From: Spironucleus salmonicida
Lineage: Eukaryota
Direction of reading: 5' to 3'
Length of the DNA stretch: 64,000 nt
Assembly (NCBI RefSeq): GCF_000497125.1
Contig: NC_090600.1
Coordinates: 1,633,197-1,697,196 of the forward strand
Below the pieces are notes generated by a model that worked only from the letters and a program-made list of their open reading frames with translations, was not told where the DNA came from and did not search any database. Below are positions 54,204 to 64,000 of this stretch, one piece after another. The translations under genes and the position numbers were made by a program. Position 1 is the first letter of the stretch, and the number at the start of each line of letters is the position of its first letter.

Positions 54204-57200
54204 GTCGATGCTGTTGGCATACTGAATAATGGTTTACTCTTCATATTTGGCATAGGTGGCTGCTACTGAACTGGGTACCACCAGTACTGGTACCCCAAGT
54301 AGTTCCATAGACAGCACCAAGGCAGGCGTGAGTGGTACTGGGATAGTGCTGGATGATTATACAATACTATAGTATATATAGTAATATCTTAATTGGAGTT
54401 TAGTAGTATATATGCATTGGGAGTGGTGCCTATAAGGATATTTAGCATATTACTATTGTATTTATAGAATATACTACTATGCTTACTAATATATATTCAC
54501 TTATGAGCCCAGGTGCACAGTAGCCTAAGAAGGCTATTCTTACTAGTAATGCAAGCACAGGCTATGCCGAATACTGTTTGTATATTCTATCTTTAATACC
54601 CGGATGCTGCATAATCTATCAAAAATGATACTCTGCAGTCTCACTCGGTATGCTGCTTAAGACCGAAGCATAGGGATAGATGAGTTTTAGCTTGTAACGA
54701 CGACTCGCAGGATGAGTTTTACCAAAGCGAGGTCAGCGAGAGTGTGGCTATCAGGGTGACGAGATGGCGCTAGCTGGTGGTCAGGACCCAGCGAGGTAGC
54801 AATATCATAATTTAGCAAGAATAGGGTTGGACTTATGCTAGCTTAGGCCTTCCACATTTTGGTGCTACGACCCTGAGTTGCGGCTGTTGGCATACTGAAT
54901 AATGGTTTACTCTTCATATTTGGCATAGGTGGCTGCTAGTGAAGTGGGTACCACTAGTACGGTACCCCAAGTAGTTCCATAGACAGCACCAAGGCAGGCG
55001 TGAGTGGTACTGGGATAGTGCTTGATGAGTATGCAATACTATAGTATATATAGTAATAGCTTAATTGGAGTTTAGTAGTATATATGCATTGGGAGTGGTG
55101 CTTGTAAGGATATTTAGTATATACTATTGTATTTATATAATATACTACTATGCTTACTAATATATATTCACTTATGAGCCCAGGTGCACAGTACACTAGG
55201 AAGGGTATTCTTACCTGTAGAGTACAAGCACAGGCTATGCCGAAGACTGTTTGTATTCTATCTTTAATAACTATCTGCTACTGAAGTGGGTACCACTAGT
55301 ACTGGTACCCCAAGTATTTCCATAGATAGTGCTAAGGTAGGCATGAGTGGTACTGGCATAGTGCTTGATGACAATGCAATACTATAGTATATATAGTAAT
55401 ATCTTAATTGGAGTTTAGTAGTATATATGCATTGGGAGTGGTGCTTGTAAGGATATTTAGTATATACTATTGTATTTATATAATATACTACTATGCTTAC
55501 TAATATATATTCACTTATGAGCCCAGGTGCACAGTACACTAGGAAGGGTATTCTTACCTGTAGAGTACAAGCACAGGCTATGCCGAAGACTGTTTGTATA
55601 TTCTATCTTTAATAACTATCTGCTACTGAAGTGGGCACCACTAGTACTGGTACCCCAAGTATTTCCATAGATAGCACCAAGGCAGGCGTGAGTGGTACTG
55701 GGATAGTGCTTGATGAGTATACAATACTATAGTATATATAGTAATATCTTAATTGGAGTTTAGTAGTATATATGCATTGGGAGTGGTGCTTGTAAGGATA
55801 TTTAGTATATACTATTGTATTTATATAATATACTACTATGCTTACTAATATATATTCACTTATGAGCCCAGGTACAAAGTACACTAGGAAGGGTATTCTC
55901 ACTAGTAATGCAAGCACAGGCTATGCCGAAGACTGCATGTATTTTATCTTTAATAACTATCTGCTACTGAAGTGGGCACCACTAGTACTGGACCCCAAGT
56001 AGTTCCATAGATAGCACCAAGGCAGGCGTGAGTGGTACTGGGATAGTGATTGATGAGTATACAATACTATAGTATATATAGTAATATCTTAATTGGAGTT
56101 TAGTAGTATATATGCATTGGGAGTGGTGCTTGTAAGGATATTTAGTATATACTATTGTATTTATATAATATACTACTATGCTTACTAATATATATTCACT
56201 TATGAGCCCAGGTACAAAGTAGCACTAGGAAGGGTATTCTTACCTGTAGAGTACAAGCACAGGCTATGCCGAAGACTGCTTGTATTTTATCTTTAATACC
56301 CGCATGATGCATAATCTATCAAACATGATACTCTGCAGTCTCACCCGGTATGCTGCTTAAGACAGAAGCATAGGGATGGATGAGTTTTAAATGGTAACGA
56401 CGACTCGCAGGATGAGTTTTGCCAAAGCGAGGTCAGCGAGAGTGTGGCTATCAGGGTGACGAGATAGCGCTAGCTGGTGGTCAGGACCCAGCGAGGTAGC
56501 AATATCATAATTTATTAAGAACAGGACTGACCTTATGCTAGCTTAGGCCTTCCACATTTTGGTGCTACGAGCCTGAGTCGATGCTGTTGGCATAGTGTAT
56601 AATGGCTTAACCTTCATATTTGGCATAGCTGGCTGCTACTGAAGTGGGTACCACTAGTACTGCTACCCCAAGTAGTTCCATAGACAGCACCAAGGCAGGC
56701 GTGAGTGGTACTGGGATAGTGCTTGATGAGTATGCAATACTATAGTATATATAGTAATAGCTTAATTGGAGTTTAGTAGTATATATGCATTGGGAGTGGT
56801 GCCTATAAGGATATTTAGTATATTACTATTGTATTTATATAATATACTACTATGCTTACTAATATATATTCACTTATGAGCCCAGGTACACAGTAGCACT
56901 AGGAAGGGTATTCTTACCTGTAGAGTACAAGCACAGGCTATGCCGAAGACTGCTTGTATTTTATCTTTAATAACTATCTGCTACTGAAGTGGGTACCACT
57001 AGTACTGGTACCCCAAGTATTTCCATAGATAGTGCTAAGGCAGGCGTGAGTGGTACTGGGATAGTGCTTGATGACAATGCAATACTATAGTATATATAGT
57101 AATATCTTAATTGGAGTTTAGTAGTATATATGCATTGGGAGTGGTGCTTGTAAGGATATTTAGTATATACTATTGTATTTATATAATATACTACTATGCT

Positions 57201-60200
57201 TACTAATATATATTCACTTATGAGCCCAGGTGCACAGTACACTAGGAAGGGTATTCTTACCTGTAGAGTACAAGCACAGGCTATGCCGAAGACTGTTTGT
57301 ATATTCTATCTTTAATAACTATCTGCTACTGAAGTGGGTACCACTAGTACTGGTACCCCAAGTATTTCCATAGATAGTGCTAAGGCAGGCGTGAGTGGTA
57401 CTGGGATAGTGCTTGATGACAATGCAATACTATAGTATATATAGTAATATCTTAATTGGAGTTTAGTAGTATATATGCATTGGGAGTGGTGCTTGTAAGG
57501 ATATTTAGTATATACTATTGTACTTATATAATATACTACTATGCTTACTAATACATATTCACTTATGAGCCCAGGTGCACAGTACACTAGGAAGGGTATT
57601 CTTACCTGTAGAGTACAAGCACAGGCTATGCCGAAGACTGTTTGTATTCTATCTTTAATAACTATCTGCTACTGAAGTGGGCACCACTAGTACTGGTACC
57701 CCAAGTATTTCCATAGATAGTGCTAAGGCAGGCGTGAGTGGTACTGGGATAGTGCTTGATGACAATGCAATACTATAGTATATATAGTAATATCTTAATT
57801 GGAGTTTAGTAGTATATATGCATTGGGAGTGGTGCTTGTAAGGATATTTAGTATATACTATTGTACTTATAGAATATACTACTATGCTTACTAATATATA
57901 TTCACTTATGAGCCCAGGTGCACAGTAGCCTAAGAAGGCTATTCTTACTAGTAATGCAAGCACAGGCTATGCCGAATACTGTTTGTATATTCTATCTTTA
58001 ATACCCGGATGCTGCATAATCTATCAAAAATGATACTCTGCAGTCTCACTCGGTATGCTGCTTAAGACCGAAGCATAGGGATAGATGAGTTTTAGCTTGT
58101 AACGACGACTCGCAGGATGAGTTTTACCAAAGCGAGGTCAGCGAGAGTGTGGCTATCAGGGTGACGAGATGGCGCTAGCTGGTGTTCAGGACCCAGCGAG
58201 GTAGCAATACCGTAATTTATTAAGAACAGGACTGACCTTATGCTAGCTTAGGCCTTCCACATTTTGGTGCTACGAGCCTGAGTCGATGCTGTTGGCATAG
58301 TGTATAATGGCTTAACCTTCATATTTGGCATAGCTGGCTGCTACTGAACTGGGTACCACTAGTACTGCTACCCCAAGTAGTTCCATAGACAGCACCAAGG
58401 CAGGCGTGAGTGGTACTGGGATAGTGATTGATGACAATGCAATACTATAGTATATATAGTAATAGCTTAATTGGAGTTTAGTAGTATAGATGCATTGGGA
58501 GTGGTGCTTGTAAGGATATTTAGTATATACTATTGTACTTATAGAATATACTACTATGCTTACTAATATATATTCACTTATGAGCCCAGGTGCACAGTAC
58601 ACTAGGAAGGGTATTCTCACTAGTAATGCAAGCACAGGCTATGCCGAAGACTGTTTGTATATTCTATCTTTAATAACTATCTGCTACTGAAGTGGGCACC
58701 ACTAGTACTGGTACCCCAAGTATTTCCATAGATAGCACCAAGGCAGGCGTGAGTGGTACTGGGATAGTGCTTGATGAGTATACAATACTATAGTATATAT
58801 AGTAATATCTTAATTGGAGTTTAGTAGTATATATGCATTGGGAGTGGTGCTTGTAAGGATATTTAGTATATACTATTATATTTATATAATATACTACTAT
58901 GCTTACTAATATATATTCACTTATGAGCCCAGGTGCACAGTACACTAGGAAGGGTATTCTTACCTGTAGAGTACAAGCACAGGCTATGCCGAAGACTGCT
59001 TGTATTTTATCTTTAATACCCGCATGATGCATAATCTATCAAACATGATACTCTGCAGTCTCACCCGGTATGCTGCTTAAGACAGAAGCATAGGGATGGA
59101 TGAGTTTTAAATGGTAACGACGACTCGCAGGATGAGTTTTGCCAAAGCGAGGTCAGCGAGAGTGTGGCTATCAGGGTGACGAGATAGCGCTAGCTGGTGG
59201 TCAGGACCCAGCGAGGTAGCAATACCGTAATTTATTAAGAACAGGACTGACCTTATGCTAGCTTAGGCCTTCCACATTTTGGTGCTACGAGCCTGAGTCG
59301 ATGCTGTTGGCATAGTGTATAATGGCTTAACCTTCATATTTGGCATAGCTGGCTGCTACTGAAGTGGGTACCACTAGTACTGCTACCCCAAGTAGTTCCA
59401 TAGACAGCACCAAGGTAGGCGTGAGTGGTACTGCCGTAGTGCTTGATGACAATGCAATACTATAGTATATATAGTAATAACTTAAATGGAGTTTAGTAGT
59501 ATATATGCATTGGGAGTGGTGCTTGTAAGGATATTTAGTATATACTATTGTATTTATATAATATACTACTATGCTTACTAATATATATTCACTTATGAGC
59601 CCAGGTACAAAGTAGCACTAGGAAGGGTATTCTTACCTGTAGAGTACAAGCACAGGCTATGCCGAAGACTGCTTGTATTTTATCTTTAATACCCGCATGA
59701 TGCATAATCTATCAAACATGATACTCTGCAGTCTCACCCGGTATGCTGCTTAAGACAGAAGCCTAGGGATAGATGAGTTTTAAATGGTAACGACGACTCG
59801 CAGGATGAGTTTTGCCAAAGCGAGGTCAGCGAGAGTGTGGCTATCAGGGTGACGAGATAGCGCTAGCTGGTGGTCAGGACCCAGCGAGGTAGCAATACCG
59901 TAATTTATTAAGAACAGGACTGACCTTATGCTAGCTTAGGCCTTCCACATTTTGGTGCTACGAGCCTGAGTCGATGCTGTTGGCATAGTGTATAATGGCT
60001 TAACCTTCATATTTGGCATAGCTGGCTGCTACTGAACTGGGTACCACTAGTACGGTACCCCAAGTAGTTCCATAGACAGCACCAAGGCAGGCGTGAGTGG
60101 TACTGGGATAGTGCTTGATGAGTATGCAATACTATAGTATATATAGTAATAGCTTAATTGGAGTTTAGTAGTATATATGCATTGGGAGTGGTGCCTATAA

Positions 60201-63200
60201 GGATATTTAGTATATACTATTGTATTTATATAATATACTACTATGCTTACTAATATATATTCACTTATGAGCCCAGGTGCAAAGTACACTAAGAAGGCTA
60301 TTCTCACTAGTAATGCAAGCACAGGCTATGCCGAAGACTGCTTGTATTTTATCTTTAATAACTATCTGCTACTGAAGTGGGTACCACTAGTACTGCTACC
60401 CCAAGTAGTTCCATAGATAGCACCAAGGCAGGCGTGAGTGGTACTGGGATAGTGCTTGATGAGTATGCAATACTATAGTATATATAGTAATATCTTAATT
60501 GGAGTTTAGTAGTATATATGCATTGGGAGTGGTGCCTATAAGGATATTTAGTATATTACTATTGTATTTATATAATATACTACTATGCTTACTAATATAT
60601 ATTCACTTATGAGCCCAGGTGCACAGTACACTAGGAAGGGTATTCTTACCTGTAGAGTACAAGCACAGGCTATGCCGAAGACTGCTTGTATTTTATCTTT
60701 AATACCCGCATGATGCATAATCTATCAAACATGATACTCTGCAGTCTCACCCGGTATGCTGCTTAAGACAGAAGCATAGGGATGGATGAGTTTTAAATGG
60801 TAACGACGACTCGCAGGATGAGTTTTGCCAAAGCGAGGTCAGCGAGAGTGTGGCTATCAGGGTGACGAGATAGCGCTAGCTGGTGGTCAGGACCCAGCGA
60901 GGTAGCAATATCATAATTTATTAAGAACAGGACTGACCTTATGCTAGCTTAGGCCTTCCACATTTTGGTGCTACGAGCCTGAGTCGATGCTGTTGGCATA
61001 GTGTATAATGGCTTAACCTTCATATTTGGCATAGCTGGCTGCTACTGAAGTGGGTACCACTAGTACTGCTACCCCAAGTAGTTCCATAGATAGCACCAAG
61101 GCAGGCGTGAGTGGTACTGGGATAGTGCTTGATGAGTATACAATACTATAGTATATATAGTAATATCTTAATTGGAGTTTAGTAGTATATATGCATTGGG
61201 AGTGGTGCTTGTAAGGATATTTAGTATATACTATTGTATTTATATAATATACTACTATGCTTACTAATATATATTCACTTATGAGCCCAGGTGCAAAGTA
61301 CACTAAGAAGGCTATTCTCACTAGTAATGCAAGCACAGGCTATGCCGAAGACTGCTTGTATTTTATCTTTAATAACTATCTGCTACTGAAGTGGGTACCA
61401 CTAGTACTGCTACCCCAAGTAGTTCCATAGACAGCACCAAGGTAGGCGTGAGTGGTACTGCCGTAGTGCTTGATGACAATGCAATACTATAGTATATATA
61501 GTAATATCTTAATTGGAGTTTAGTAGTATATATGCATTGGGAGTGGTGCTTGTAAGGATATTTAGTATATTACTATTGTACTTATATAATATACTACTAT
61601 GCTTACTAATATATATTCACTTATGAGCCCAGGTGCACAGTAGCACTAAGAAGGGTATTCTTACCTGTAGAGTACAAGCACAGGCTATGCCGAAGACTGC
61701 TTGTATTTTATCTTTAATACCCGCATGATGCATAATCTATCAAACATGATACTCTGCAGTCTCACCCGGTATGCTGCTTAAGACAGAAGCATAGGGATGG
61801 ATGAGTTTTAAATGGTAACGACGACTCGCAGGATGAGTTTTGCCAAAGCGAGGTCAGCGAGAGTGTTGCTATCAGGGTGACGAGATAGCGCTAGCTGGTG
61901 GTCAGGACCCAGCGAGGTAGCAATATCATAATTTATTAAGAACAGGACTGACCTTATGCTAGCTTAGGCCTTCCACATTTTGGTGCTACGAGCCTGAGTC
62001 GATGCTGTTGGCATAGTGTATAATGGCTTAACCTTCATATTTGGCATAGCTGGCTGCTACTGAACTGGGTACCACTAGTACTGGTACCCCAAGTATTTCC
62101 ATAGACAGCACCAAGGCAGGCGTGAGTGGTACTGGGATAGTGATTGATGACAATGCAATACTATAGTATATATAGTAATATCTTAATTGGAGTTTAGTAG
62201 TATATATGCATTGGGAGTGGTGCTTGTAAGGATATTTAGTATATTACTATTGTACTTATATAATATACTACTATGCTTACTAATATATATTCACTTATGA
62301 GCCCAGGTGCACAGTACACTAGGAAGGGTATTCTCACTAGTAATGCAAGCACAGGCTATGCCGAAGACTGTTTGTATTCTATCTTTAATAACTATCTGCT
62401 ACTGAAGTGGGTACCACTAGTACTGCTACCCCAAGTATTTCCATAGATAGTGCTAAGGTAGGCATGAGTGGTACTGGCATAGTGCTTGATGAGTATGCAA
62501 TACTATAGTATATATAGTAATATCTTAATTGGAGTTTAGTAGTATATATGCATTGGGAGTGGTGCTTGTAAGGATATTTAGTATATACTATTGTACTTAT
62601 ATAATATACTACTATGCTTACTAATACATATTCACTTATGAGCCCAGGTACACAGTAGCACTAGGAAGGGTATTCTTACCTGTAGAGTACAAGCACAGGC
62701 TATGCCGAAGACTGTTTGTATTCTATCTTTAATAACTATCTGCTACTGAAGTGGGTACCACTAGTACTGGTACCCCAAGTATTTCCATAGATAGTGCTAA
62801 GGCAGGCGTGAGTGGTACTGGGATAGTGCTTGATGACAATGCAATACTATAGTATATATAGTAATATCTTAATTGGAGTTTAGTAGTATATATGCATTGG
62901 GAGTGGTGCTTGTAAGGATATTTAGTATATTACTATTGTACTTATATAATATACTACTATGCTTACTAATACATATTCACTTATGAGCCCAGGTGCACAG
63001 TACACTAGGAAGGGTATTCTTACCTGTAGAGTACAAGCACAGGCTATGCCGAAGACTGCTTGTATATTCTATGTGTAGTACCTGCCTGCTACTGAAGTGG
63101 GTACCACTAGTACTGCTACCCCAAGTAGTTCCATAGACAGCACCAAGGCAGGCGTGAGTGGTACTGGGATAGTGCTTGATGACAATGCAATACTATAGTA

Positions 63201-64000
63201 TATATAGTAATATCTTAATTGGAGTTTAGTAGTATATATGCATTGGGAGTGGTGCTTGTAAGGATATTTAGTATATACTATTGTACTTATATAATATACT
63301 ACTATGCTTACTAATATATATTCACTTATGAGCCCAGGTGCACAGTACACTAGGAAGGGTATTCTTACCTGTAGAGTACAAGCACAGGCTATGCCGAAGA
63401 CTGTTTGTATTCTATCTTTAATAACTATCTGCTACTGAAGTGGGCACCACTAGTACTGGACCCCAAGTAGTTCCATAGACAGCACCAAGGCAGGCGTGAG
63501 TGGTACTGGGATAGTGCTTGATGACAATGCAATACTATAGTATATATAGTAATAACTTAAATGGAGTTTAGTAGTATATATGCATTGGGAGTGGTGCTTG
63601 TAAGGATATTTAGTATATTACTATTGTACTTATATAATATACTACTATGCTTACTAATACATATTCACTTATGAGCCCAGGTGCAAAGTACACTAGGAAG
63701 GGTATTCTCACTAGTAATGCAAGCACAGGCTATGCCGAAGACTGCATGTATTTTATCTTTAATACCCGCATGATGCATAATCTATCAAACATGATACTCT
63801 GCAGTCTCACCCGGTATGCTGCTTAAGACAGAAGCATAGGGATGGATGAGTTTTAAATGGTAACGACGACTCGCAGGATGAGTTTTACCAAAGCGAGGTC
63901 AGCGAGAGTGTGGCTATCAGGGTGACGAGATAGCGCTAGCTGGTGGTCAGGACCCAGCGAGGTAGCAATATCATAATTTATTAAGAACAGGACTGACCTT
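54080..64000. repeat. Two-module tandem satellite array (A ~343-345 bp, B ~335 bp), truncated by window end
   Basis: A starts ctgctactgaagtgggtaccactagtac, B starts cccgcatgatgcataatctatc; about 21 A and 8 B copies plus a partial leading B. Confidence 0.95.

Noticed and set aside
56378-56460. Hammerhead-ribozyme-like words in module B (gatgag-tttt-gcc-aaag-cgag; minus-strand ctgata-gcca...tggc-aaaac)
   Set aside because: The invariant CUGANGA and GAAA cores are not intact on either strand and no stems I/III were found; an Infernal scan would be decisive
54080-64000. Array as CRISPR, rDNA/5S or tRNA cluster
   Set aside because: No unique spacers, no cas genes, eukaryotic context, and no recognisable rRNA or tRNA motifs

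Overview
This is a very AT-rich, gene-dense, apparently intronless eukaryotic window. It reads sensibly only if TAA and TAG encode Gln and TGA is the sole stop (NCBI table 6). The code, compact gene packing and gene content point to a hexamitine diplomonad, probably Spironucleus (taxon is inference). The supplied standard-code ORF track therefore fragments almost every gene, so coordinates were re-derived by hand (ATG to TGA). Some long ORFs were checked at their ends and motifs rather than codon by codon. Bases 1 to ~52,200 hold about 46 tightly packed genes. Recognisable products are a membrane-anchored papain-family pseudoprotease, a Nopp140/Srp40-like repeat protein, BMS1, an S28 serine peptidase, two nitroreductases (one ferredoxin-fused), a chromodomain-like protein, a PAP2 phosphatase, a MYST acetyltransferase, an RSP11/ropporin-like protein, a kinesin, a cyclin Y-like protein, TFIIS, eIF1A, QTRT2, a VAP-like protein, TPI and flavodoxin. 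After ~52.3 kb recognisable genes stop. From ~54.08 kb to the window end runs a ~10 kb tandem array of two modules (A ~343-345 bp, B ~335 bp) in irregular order, preceded by a 295-codon orphan ORF that reads into it.
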